Assembly: GCA_963702425.1 (NCBI GenBank) | Contig: CAVPCQ010000039.1 | Coordinates: forward strand, 64,001-128,000 | Direction: 5' to 3' | Length of the DNA stretch: 64,000 nt | Source of the DNA: an uncultured Acidobacteriota bacterium | Lineage (GTDB): Bacteria > Acidobacteriota > Polarisedimenticolia > J045 | Shown here: positions 9,342-19,200 of the stretch, piece after piece | Layout of the letters: each line of letters opens with the position of its first letter | How positions within the stretch are numbered: position 1 is the first letter of the stretch | Translations under genes and position numbers: made by a program | Notes under the pieces: model-generated | What the model was told of the DNA's origin: nothing | Seen by the model: the letters and a program-made list of their open reading frames with translations, nothing else | Database searches by the model: none

Positions 9342-10199
9342 ATGAGGATCGGTGCAGCAGGTCTCGTGCTGGCGGCGGCGGGCGCTGTGCTCTTCGCGGC
9401 GCGAACGCCGGCGGCCGCGCCGGCCAAGCCGTCCTCGCCGCGGGCCGGTACGGCGGTCGCGCTCCCCGCCACCGCGACCGTGAAGGAAGTCAAGGACGGC
9501 GACACGCTCGTCGTCGAGGACCGGGGCCGTGCGTTCACCGTGCGGCTGATCGGGATCGACACGCCCGAGGAGCGGCACCCCGAGGCCGAGCCGCAGTACC
9601 TCGCCGCGGAGGCGCGCGCGGCGCTGGTGCGCCTCGTGGCGGGCGGGACGGTGACGCTGGTGGCCGACCCCGGCGCGGGGGACGACAAGTACGGCCGGTT
9701 CCTCGCGTACGTCGAGACGCCGGACGGAAAGGACGCCGGGGCCGAACTGATCGGCGCCGGCCTGGCGCGCGCGTTCGAGCGCTACGACTTCGCGCGCAAG
9801 CCGCGCTACCGCGAGCTGGAACTCGCCGCGCGCGCGGCGGGACGCGGCCTCTGGCAGGATGGCGGACTGGCCGAGCTGCGCTGGATCGTGGCCTCGCGCC
9901 GCGAGCCGATCGAGGTCTACGCGATGACCGGCGGGCGCTTCGCGGTCGTCGTCGACGGCTGGGCGCGGGCCGGTCTCAAGGGGCGCGCGCGCGCGAAGGA
10001 CGACCGCGGCTCGCTCGGCGACGCGGTCTGGGAGGCGCACCGCGCGCTGGGCGCGCGACCGCACGATCCGCGGCGCGCGCTCGAGATCCTCGAGGCCGCC
10101 GGGTTCGTGCCGCTCAGCGCTCCGGCCCCGGCGCCAGCAGCTCCAGCGCCCGCGGGTCGACCCGCCGCTCCGCCACCGCCGTCCCGTCGAGGGTCGTGA
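9342..10199 (+). CDS. Secreted thermonuclease (SNase-like) family protein
   Basis: Signal peptide, 'VKDGDTL', 'VRLIGIDTPE', 'DKYGRFLAYV', 'ARAAGRGLW'. Confidence 0.9.
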   Translation: MRIGAAGLVLAAAGAVLFAARTPAAAPAKPSSPRAGTAVALPATATVKEVKDGDTLVVEDRGRAFTVRLIGIDTPEERHPEAEPQYLAAEARAALVRLVAGGTVTLVADPGAGDDKYGRFLAYVETPDGKDAGAELIGAGLARAFERYDFARKPRYRELELAARAAGRGLWQDGGLAELRWIVASRREPIEVYAMTGGRFAVVVDGWARAGLKGRARAKDDRGSLGDAVWEAHRALGARPHDPRRALEILEAAGFVPLSAPAPAPAAPAPAGRPAAPPPPSRRGS

Positions 10200-12096
10200 G
10201 GTCCTGCTGCGACATCTCCAGCCGCGGCGCGAAGGCGGCGTCGAGCAACGCCGCTGCCAGCTTCGCCGCCGGGTCGTCGCTGCAGCCTTCGATCGCCGCG
10301 GCGTCGGCCGGGGTGGCGCAGGCCAGCACCGCGTCGCCACGCGCGAACAGGCAGAGCCGTCCGCCGGCGTCGCCGATCGAGAACGGGGCCGCCGGGTCGA
10401 GCTCGAAACGCCGGGAGCCGAGTGCGCGCCCGGCGGCGCGCCCGACGGTCGGATCGCCGCCCGGCCGGGCTGCGGCCGGGAGCGCCAGCCCGAGCCGCCG
10501 CAACGCCCCGGGGTCGTGGTCGAGCACCTCGGCGAAGGAGTTCGCGCTCTCGTCGACCCGCCCGAGGCGCCACGCCGCGGCCCCGCTCCGCGCGGCGAGC
10601 CGCACGCGCAGCAGCACCTCCTCCGCGGGGAGAGCGGCGCGCGCGGCCGCGCCTTCCGCGAGGCACCCCGCATCGTCGCCGGCGACGCAGACCGCCTCGG
10701 CGCGCAGCGCCGCCAGGTAGGCGGCGCGCAGCTCGGGCGGCTGCCCGGCAGGCGGCTCGAGCGGCTCGCGCAGCCAGGTGTCGACCAGGCGCCGGACGGC
10801 CGCGGGTCCGACGAGCGCGACCGCGTCGAGCTGCAGCCAGGGGGGCGCGGCGAGCTGCGGCGCCTCGGCCGTCGATTCGTTGGTGGCTTCGAGGCCGCCG
10901 GCGAGCAGCACCGGAACGACGCGCCGGCCGGCGTACCAGGCGCGCAGCCGCTGGCCGGCAGCCGCTGCGCGCGCCGGAACCAGCGCCGACCAGCCGCAGA
11001 CGTCGGCCCGCTCCTCGAGCAGCTCGGCCAGCGTGCTGCGGATGGCGCGCTCCAGCAGCGCCGACTCGGCGATCGTCGCCTCTTCGCTGCCCGACCAGTG
11101 CGCCGCGCGATCGGGCTCGTCGAGCGCGTGGCCGACCGCGGCCAGCGCACGGTCCGGGTGGCCGGCCAGCAACAGCACCTGAGACGAGGTGAACAGCGCC
11201 TGCGAGCGCGTGTACTGCTGGATGCGGCGCGGCGTGGCGCGCACCGCGAGGGCCATCGCGCGCGCCGCGGCGACGGCCTCGCTCAGCCGCCCCTCGGCCG
11301 CGTAGAGCGACGCCAGGTCGCGCCACGGGTTGGCTTCCTCGTCGGGAACGCGGGTCGACTCGAGCAGCAGCCGCTCGGCCTCGTCGAAGCGTCCCGCGTC
11401 CTGTGCGGCGACCGCGGCGTTGCGCAGGGCGAGCCCGGCGGGCAGGTCGAAGCGCCGCACCGCCTCGAGCACCGTGACGCAGGCCGGGTAGCCGTCGAGC
11501 GCGCACAGTCCGTTCCGGCCGATCACCTCCTCCAGCGGATCCCCGGTGGCCAGCGCGCGCGCCGCCGCGGCGCGCGCCTCGTCCTCGCGACCGAGCTTCA
11601 TCAGCGGCCAGACGTCGAGGCCGTGAAGGTCGGGATCGTAGAGCTCGCGCACCCGCGCGGAGTAGTCGAGCGTCTGCTCGAAGCGCCCGAGATCCGAAGC
11701 GGCCCACATCAGCTGGTACAGCGCTTCGCGGTGCCAGCGTTCCATCCCGGGCCGGGCGACCCCGCCGCGCGACTCGGTGAGCGCGAGCGCGCGCCGGAAA
11801 TGCACGAGCGCGAGCGGAGTGTTCCCTTCGCCGTCGTGCAGCGCGCGGCCCAGCACCAGTTCGCCGACCGCGGAGCGCGGGTTGCTCGCGAGCGTGCGCT
11901 CGGCCAGCTCGCGGGCCCGGACGAAGCGCCCCTCCTGCGCGGCACGAAGCGCTTCCGCTTCGTCCTCGGGCGGGTGCGCCGAGCCGTGCGGCGGCTCGGC
12001 CGCGAGCGGCGCGGTCCACGCCAGGGCCAGCGCCAGCGCGGCCGCGAGGGCGCGCGCGCGGCGACGGGCTCGGGAGAACGGGCCGGGGGCGGGCAC
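10114..12096 (-). CDS. Secreted TPR-repeat protein
   Basis: Signal peptide 'ALAAALALALAWTAPLAAE' followed by repeated TPR-like helices. Confidence 0.75.
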   Translation of the reverse strand: MPAPGPFSRARRRARALAAALALALAWTAPLAAEPPHGSAHPPEDEAEALRAAQEGRFVRARELAERTLASNPRSAVGELVLGRALHDGEGNTPLALVHFRRALALTESRGGVARPGMERWHREALYQLMWAASDLGRFEQTLDYSARVRELYDPDLHGLDVWPLMKLGREDEARAAAARALATGDPLEEVIGRNGLCALDGYPACVTVLEAVRRFDLPAGLALRNAAVAAQDAGRFDEAERLLLESTRVPDEEANPWRDLASLYAAEGRLSEAVAAARAMALAVRATPRRIQQYTRSQALFTSSQVLLLAGHPDRALAAVGHALDEPDRAAHWSGSEEATIAESALLERAIRSTLAELLEERADVCGWSALVPARAAAAGQRLRAWYAGRRVVPVLLAGGLEATNESTAEAPQLAAPPWLQLDAVALVGPAAVRRLVDTWLREPLEPPAGQPPELRAAYLAALRAEAVCVAGDDAGCLAEGAAARAALPAEEVLLRVRLAARSGAAAWRLGRVDESANSFAEVLDHDPGALRRLGLALPAAARPGGDPTVGRAAGRALGSRRFELDPAAPFSIGDAGGRLCLFARGDAVLACATPADAAAIEGCSDDPAAKLAAALLDAAFAPRLEMSQQDLTTLDGTAVAERRVDPRALELLAPGPER

Positions 12097-12224
12097 GGAA
12101 CGAGGATACGCGGCCCGGCGGCCGGCCCCAAAGAGCTCGGCCCGGGCCCCGCGCGACGGGACCCGGGCCGTGGCCGAGAGGAGAGGGAGAGGGAGGGGGA
12201 GAGGGATCAGGTCTGGAATTCGTT

Positions 12225-12668
12225 TCAGCGAGCGGCGCGCGTCTCGTCGCGCGGCGGTCCCGGTTCGTAGGGTTGCACGGTCACGAGGCCGGGAGCCACG
12301 GTCGCGACGCGCAGCGGCTGATGGGCCGAGCGCGAGGAAGCGGGAGAGCCGTGGCGCACGCCGACGAGATGGGTCAGGCCGCGCGCATCCTCGTGCAGCA
12401 CCAGTCGGGAGGCGGCGCCCGGGAGGTGCCCGGCGCTTCCTTCGCGGAAGACGCTGGCCACCGGGCGTCCGTCGATGAGGACCTGGACGAGACTTCCCGT
12501 GCCGATCGGGCGGAGCACCACCGCACCGCCCGGGAAGAGCTGGTCGCCGATCACGACCGGCCCGGCGACTTCCGCACCGAGCGTTGCGGCGGCCTGGGAG
12601 GTTCCCGCAGCGGCGGTCAACCCCAGCGCGAGCACCGCGAACCCGTGAAACAGCGTCCTCGTGGTCAT
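12225..12668 (-). CDS. Secreted hypothetical beta-rich protein
   Basis: GGAGG RBS; ATG at 12668; 'MTTRTLFHGFAVLALGLTAAAGTSQA' signal peptide. Confidence 0.7.
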   Translation of the reverse strand: MTTRTLFHGFAVLALGLTAAAGTSQAAATLGAEVAGPVVIGDQLFPGGAVVLRPIGTGSLVQVLIDGRPVASVFREGSAGHLPGAASRLVLHEDARGLTHLVGVRHGSPASSRSAHQPLRVATVAPGLVTVQPYEPGPPRDETRAAR

Positions 12669-12696
12669 CGTTCCGTGCCTCCTCGTCCCGAGGAGA

Positions 12697-12712
12697 GGCA
12701 AGAGCGATGCCA
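12697..12712 (-). promoter_or_regulatory. Sigma-54 (-24/-12) promoter
   Basis: Minus strand TGGCAT-CGCTC-TTGCC, about 30 nt upstream of the ATG at 12668. Confidence 0.7.
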
Positions 12713-13293
12713 CACGTCGCGTCGCGCCCGGGCGAACCATCGCGAACGATGCCGCAGCGCAGCGGATCCCGAGATGGGAACCCCTCTGCCGGAATCCGGC
12801 ATCGGTTCGGACAGGATGGCCGGACGCGGCAACCGGTGTGCGCCCCCCTTCCTGAGAGCCGGCGCCGAGGTTTGAGGTTACCCGCCCTTCGAACCGCGTA
12901 AGGATGTTCGATCTGTCACACGGACCAGCTTGACATGGCGTCTCGGTTCGTGATCTCTCTCGCGCGTCGGCCACAAGCGTCGGCATCGGGAAGGGGGACC
13001 TCTCCCCGCCGACGCGCCTCCGGGGGGAGGCTTGCCGACGGCGCGCACGTACCCGCCGGGGGGAAACGGCAGGGATGAAGCGGAGCGCGCAGGAAACTGC
13101 GGTGCCCCAGGGCCCACAGACAAGCTCGTGATCGACGGCCCCGTCGGCCGTCCTTCGACTTCCTCGATCCGTCCACGGAGCGCAGCCGGACTCCCCTGCC
13201 GGGGATCGTCCGCCCGCGTGTGCGTTGGCCGCGAGGCGACGAGGGGGAGCGTGCGGCCCACCGGCAGTTGGTGCGGCCAGGGGAGGGGGTTCG

Positions 13294-16200
13294 ATGAGTG
13301 CAGGGATGGATCGCGCCACGAATCCGGCCGGAAGGGCACGGCAAGCGCTTCGTCACGCTGATCGAGCGCGCTGGCGGAGGGGCGCCGCAACGCTGGCGGT
13401 GCTGTTCGTTGCCGCGGTAGGCCACGGCTGGAGCCAGGAGAGCGCCGGCCCGGGCTCGCCCGGCGCGCCCGATCCGCTGCAGCAGTTCGCGGCCGGGCTG
13501 CCGATGATCCCGAGCGCGCTGGGCCACGCGACGATTCCGTCAGCGGCCGACACGTTCCCGCTGAAGCCGCTGGACCGCGACCCGACGGACGGTTTGCGGC
13601 ACGGCTTCGTGCAGACCGCGAGCGGGCGGTTCGGGTTCCGCGTGACGGACCTGTCGCTGCCGTCGCGGGTGCCGTTGACGGTGGGCCGGGTCTACGACGC
13701 GGGGCTGTTGGCCTCGCTACCCGGGGTGCCGATCGGGTACGAGCCGCGGATGTCGCGCGATCTCGGCCCGAACTGGATCCTGCAGCCGACCTCCGCGCTG
13801 TTGCCGACGCCGACCGGTTTCCTGCTGCTCACCGACCTGGGTGGCGTGGTGCCCTACGCGCTCGACCCGGCGACGGGCAAGTACTTCCCGGCGCCGGATC
13901 GGCCGTCGGAGTTCGGGGCGATGGTGCCCAACGGGCAGGGCGGGTTCAAGGTCCGGCTGAGCAACGGACGGCTGCGAACGTACAGCCATCTCTCCGGAGA
14001 CAGCAACTACTATCTGACGAAGGAGGAGGACGCCTCGGGCAACGCGATCACGCTGAGCTACCGCGTCGGGGAGGCGCCGGAGACGCTGGTGTACCTCGAG
14101 CGGATCGACTCCACCGACGGGCACTGGATCCGCTTCGATCGACCGATGTGGGGCGCCTCGGCCCCGGCGGGGGTCCCGCGCACGCGGATCGTGGGGATCG
14201 TCGATTCGATCGGGCGAGCGGTGAGCCTGAGCTATGACACGGCCGGCCAGTTGCTCAGTGCGACCGGGGTGTCGGGCGCGACCTGGACCTACGACTGGGA
14301 CGGCGCGCAGCACATCATCGAGATCACCGATCCCCTCGGGCGGCGCGCGTTCCAATTGACGATCGATGGCAGCAGCCGGGCCACGCGGGTCGAGCATTTC
14401 ACCGTGCGGACCGACTACGCCTACGAGACGGCGCGGACCCTGGTGAGCAACGTGCTGGGCGACACCTGGATCTACGAGAAGGACACCCGCGGCACGACGA
14501 CGCGCCTGGTCGACCCCGAGGGGAACGCGACGATCATCCAGCGCGACGCGACGCGCGCCGACGTGACGCAGATCACGGACGGTGCGGGCGGCGTGCACCT
14601 GTTCCAGCACGATACGGGCCATCGGGTGACGCGCTACCAGGCGCCGCCGGTGGCCGCCGGGACGCCGGTCTGGACCTTTGCGTGGGACACGGCGGGGCGG
14701 CTGGTGCGCTCGGTGAACCCTGTCGGCGCCGCGAGCACGCTGACGTACGACAGCGCGGGTCGGCTGATCGCGGAGGGGAGCGATCCGAACGGCGACGGAA
14801 CGGCCGAGGCCGTCGTGCAGTACGAGCGCCACGCCACCACCGGCGATCTGCTCGCCGTCGTCGTCCCCGTGACTGCGCAGACGACGCGGCGGACGGAGTA
14901 CACCTATGGACCGCACGGCGAGCTGGCGACGATCCACCCGCCGGCGCTCGCCGGGGGCACGATCCAGCCCGAGATCCGGCTGGAGTGGGATGCCGCCGGG
15001 AGGCTGGCGAAGCTGCGCTGGCCGACCGGGCCCGACGCCTGGTCGGACTGGCAGTTCGCCTGGGCGGCCAGCGGCGCGCTGGCCGCGACGACGAACCCAC
15101 TGGGCCAGCAGTGGCTCTACCTCAGCAACGCGCTCGGCGCGATCACCGAGGTCCACGCCCCGAACGGCGGCGTGGCGAAGTACTTCTGGCGGGCTGACGG
15201 CCAGCTCGAGCGTCACGAAGACGCTGCCGGCGGGGTGACGCAGCGCGACTTCGATTCCGCGGGGCGGCTGTGGCGGGTGATCGACCCCGCGGGATCGTCG
15301 TGGACGTACGCCTGGGATCGCGCGAACCGCCTGGCCTCGAAGACCGACGCCGAACAGCGGACCTGGCACTTCAGCTACGACGGCGCGAATCGGCTGGTGG
15401 AGCAGGAGCTGCCAGGCGGCCCGATCGTCGCTTCGACCTGGGACGCCGCGGGCCGGCTGACGCGGCGGGATCTGCCCGGCGGGGAGGCCGAGCTCTACAC
15501 CTGGGACACGGCCGGCCGGCTGACCGAGGCCCGGCAGGTCGTCGCCGACGGGGACGGCACCGCCGAGGACCGGTGGACCTACACCTGGGACGGTTGCGGC
15601 CTGCTGCGGACGATGACGCAGGAGCTGTCGGGCGACGCCACGGCGCAGACGGTCGAGTGGACTTGGGACTTGGCCGGGCAACTGGTCCGTCGGACCCTGT
15701 CCGGCGAAGGCCCGACGAGCGTGACGCGGGACGAATGGGGCCGCGCGATCGCAGTGTCGCCGACGGGTGCCGCGCCGAGCGCCGTGACGTTCGATCCGTG
15801 GTCGGGCTGGGTCACGTATCGGAAGCACGGCGCCGGGCTCGGATGTCTTTGAGGAATGGTCCAGCGCGCGACGCTGCGGGCCGGATCGTGGGGTTCCTGG
15901 AGAAGAAGAACGGCAGCGTGGTCCTCCAGGATCAGCACGCTGACGCGGGACGCGATGGGCCAGGTGGTCGAGGTCGTCGATGTGGCCGGGGCACTGCCGC
16001 GGACCACCACCCATGCCTGGGACATCCTGGGCCGGTTGGTCGCCAAGCAGGTGACGGGCGACCCGGCGACCGACTACGAGGAGACGCTCGCCTGGACGCC
16101 GCTGGGCCAGCTCGCCGGCCGCCGGCGCACGACGGCGTCGCGCGCGCCGGAGGAGCGCTTCTACCGCTTCGACCGCGTCGGACGACCGCTCGAGGTCACG

Positions 16201-19200
16201 GGCTCTGCAGGGATTCACGTCTACGCGTGGACGGACGCACCCGTCGGTGGGTCGGCCGCCTCGCTGGTGCGCCGGCTGGACTTCGGCAGCGAGCCCAGGA
16301 CGGTCGAGGTGGAGTTCGACGCCGATCAGCAGGTGCGCGGGGTGTTCGAGCTGCCGGACGGCACGCGGCATGAGCGACGGCGCTTCCGCTGGGCGCCCGG
16401 CGGCCATGGACGCTCGGCGCTGAGCCGCACTTGGAGCGACGCGGGGCAATTGGTGGCGGAGACGCGCTTGATACAGGACCTCGACGATCCGTCGCGCGGG
16501 CTGCCCCTGGCCGGGGCGGCGTGGCGAGGGACCGACCTGGAGCTGGTCGCGGCCGCCGACTCGGGAGCGTGGCGGACGGAACTGAGCGGCCGGCGCTTTG
16601 CAGACCGGGACGAGCTGCGTCCGGCACTGCGGGTCGTGGACGGATTCCCGGCCGCGCCCACGCTGCAGCTCGGCGGTTTGCGCACGCGGTCCGGCCTGCG
16701 CCTTCCCGAGCCGGTCGAGTTGAGCCGCGGACTGGTCGCGGACGACCTGCCGACGGCCGAGATGGCGCGCGTGCGCGCGGCGCTGCCCGAGCCGTCGTTC
16801 CTCGAGGACGAGTGGGGGCTTCCCGCCGCCAGCGCGCCGGTGGCGAAGACCCAGCGAGCTGTGGACCCGGGCTGTCAGGTCGTCGGGGGCGCCGTCTCGA
16901 TCAAGTGCGGCCAGGCCCGCTACATGGAGGGCGGCGCCATGTATGAATCGGGCTGCCGCCCCGCCGAGCCCGCTTGCCGGAGCGGTGGTGGGGGTGAAGC
17001 GGCGGGCTCCGGATCGGGCTACGCGTCGCATCCGCGGGAGCCGATCCGCAACGCTGACACGCACCCGCTCGGCGTGACGCTCTCGAACGGGGAGTTCCTG
17101 CTGACGGTCACCGACCTCGTCCTCCCCGGTCACGGCCTCGATCTCTCGTTGTCCCGGACGTATCGGAGTCAGTCCTATGAGGTGGGCGTCCTCGGGACGG
17201 GGTGGTCGGTTCCTACGTGGATGAGCGCCTGTGGGGGGCGCCCGGCGCGGGGCAACTGCACTTGGCAAACGGCGCGATCGTGGATCTCAGGGTGCCCGAA
17301 CGAGGCGACTTCGTGAAGTTCGACCTGGGCGTCCTGCGCCGGATCGATGCGCAGACGGCGGAATGGCGCGCCCTCGACGGCACGGTGATGCAGCTCTACG
17401 ATCCGGCTGGTAAGGACAACGGGCTCTTCGACGGACGCGTCACGCGCGTCACGCGTCCGGGGGCGACGCCGATCTCCATCGCATGGGCTGCCGCGAAGCC
17501 GGCCTGTGCTCCCGCTGGCTCGGTATTACAAGGCGCGAAAGTACCGACGGTCAGCCTGTGGAGCTGCGACAACGATCCGACCACCAACCCTCTCGGAGCC
17601 GCCACCTGCGCTCCGACCGAGATCGGGCGCCTGACCTTTGAAGAAGCCGAATGCGGCCCGCAACTGACGCACCGCATCCAGTCGGCCCTGGCCACGCAGT
17701 GGGACGGCGCGACCCAGCGCCAGCGCCGGGTGCGGTTCGAACATGGAACGGTGCCCGAAGAAAACGGAGTGGCGTCCGGCCTGCCCGAACGGGTGTGGTT
17801 CGCCGAGGTGGGAGGGTCCGCCGAGGCGCCGTGGCGCACTACACCTACACCTACAACAACGGGCAGCGGGATCTGACGAAGTGCGCGACGGCGCGGACGC
17901 CCTGATCAGCAGCTCCTCGATACGAGCCCCTGGGATGGCTTCGCGCAAGCCGACCGCGTGTCCGAGATCCGCACCCCCGACGCGAATGGGGACGGCACCG
18001 TGGAGTCAACGACCTTCAGCTACGAGTATCAAACGATCGAGGGGGCGTCCGATGCCGTCAAGCGCGTGACCGTGCACTCCGGCGGGCGCGTTTCGATCCA
18101 CGAGTACGACGACTTAGGCCACATGACTCGGTCACGCGGCCCGATGGGTCCGTGATGCGCTTGGAGTACGACCACTCGGCCGAATGAACAGGGCGATCTA
18201 CCCCTCCGGCAAGGAGCAGCGCTGGGTCTACGGCGCGGATCAGTGGGGACTACACCTCGAACACCCGATCAAGTTCGGCGAAATCGCGTCGCCTTCGCTG
18301 GTTGGCGGGACGGAGCAGTGGACCTGCTACGAGATCGATCCCGTGACGAACGAGGTCTGGCGGACGCTGGCTCCGAGCGGGGTGACGGGTGGAGAGACGG
18401 ACGGCTGTCTCATGAAGAGCGGAAGCGTTCTCAAGTCCCAGGCAACGGAGACGCTCTTCGGCTGGATGAAGGCCGCGCCCGGTGCGGACGCGGCGCTGGC
18501 GGCCTATTTCACGCGCTGGGGGATCACGCCCGGCCGGAGGCGTACGCCGGGACCGGGAGCGCGAAGGCCGCGTGGCCGTGGCTGGCGAAGGTCAGGAGAC
18601 AGGGCCGGGGCGCGAAGCAGGTCGTCGATTCGACGGGGGCGCTGGTGACGCAGAGCCCGCTGCAGCGGCCGGTTACGCGCTATACCTACAGAGTGCAGGG
18701 CTGGCTGACCCAGATCGATCATCCCGACACCGAGCCCGGCGATCTCGGGAAGGGTGTGACGCGCGAACGCTTCACCTACTAGGCTCCGAACGAGCTGGGC
18801 GCGCTGGACAGGACGGAAGCGGAAGAGCGTGGGCCGGTTGGCCTCGCACATGTAGACGATCAGGCGGCTGGACAGACTATGTCGAGCGCACGCACGAGGG
18901 AACGACCTACGACCGCTGGGGACAGCCGACGCAGGAGGCGCGGCTGCTGGACGGGAGAGGCAGCAGGGAGCGTTGGGTGGTGAACGAGACGAAGCGAGAT
19001 TTCCGAGGCTGGACGAAGAGCGAGAGTCAGATGCCGCGCAGCGAGAGAGGCCCTAGACGAACGTCGAATACCACCACGATGCGGCGGGCCGCGTGATCAG
19101 AAGCGGATCGACAAGACGAGCGACCGCGACGAGAACACGCATCTACGCCCTCGTGGAATACACCTACGGGGCGTCGGGCCTGCTGACGAGCGAGAGGAGT

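Noticed and set aside
12176-12207. Purine tract gagaggagagggagagggagggggagaggg
   Set aside because: Short low-complexity intergenic run with no supporting structure or function.
7330-13293. Genomic island integrated at tRNA-Sec
   Set aside because: No integrase and no duplicated tRNA 3' end seen; flanking genes have host-like composition.
15850-15852. In-frame TGA between Rhs ORFs 13225-15852 and 15856-17316 as a selenocysteine codon
   Set aside because: The Rhs-like text 'RDAAGRIVGFLEKKNGSVVLQ' lies in a different frame just downstream, so compensating frameshifts explain it better; no convincing SECIS.
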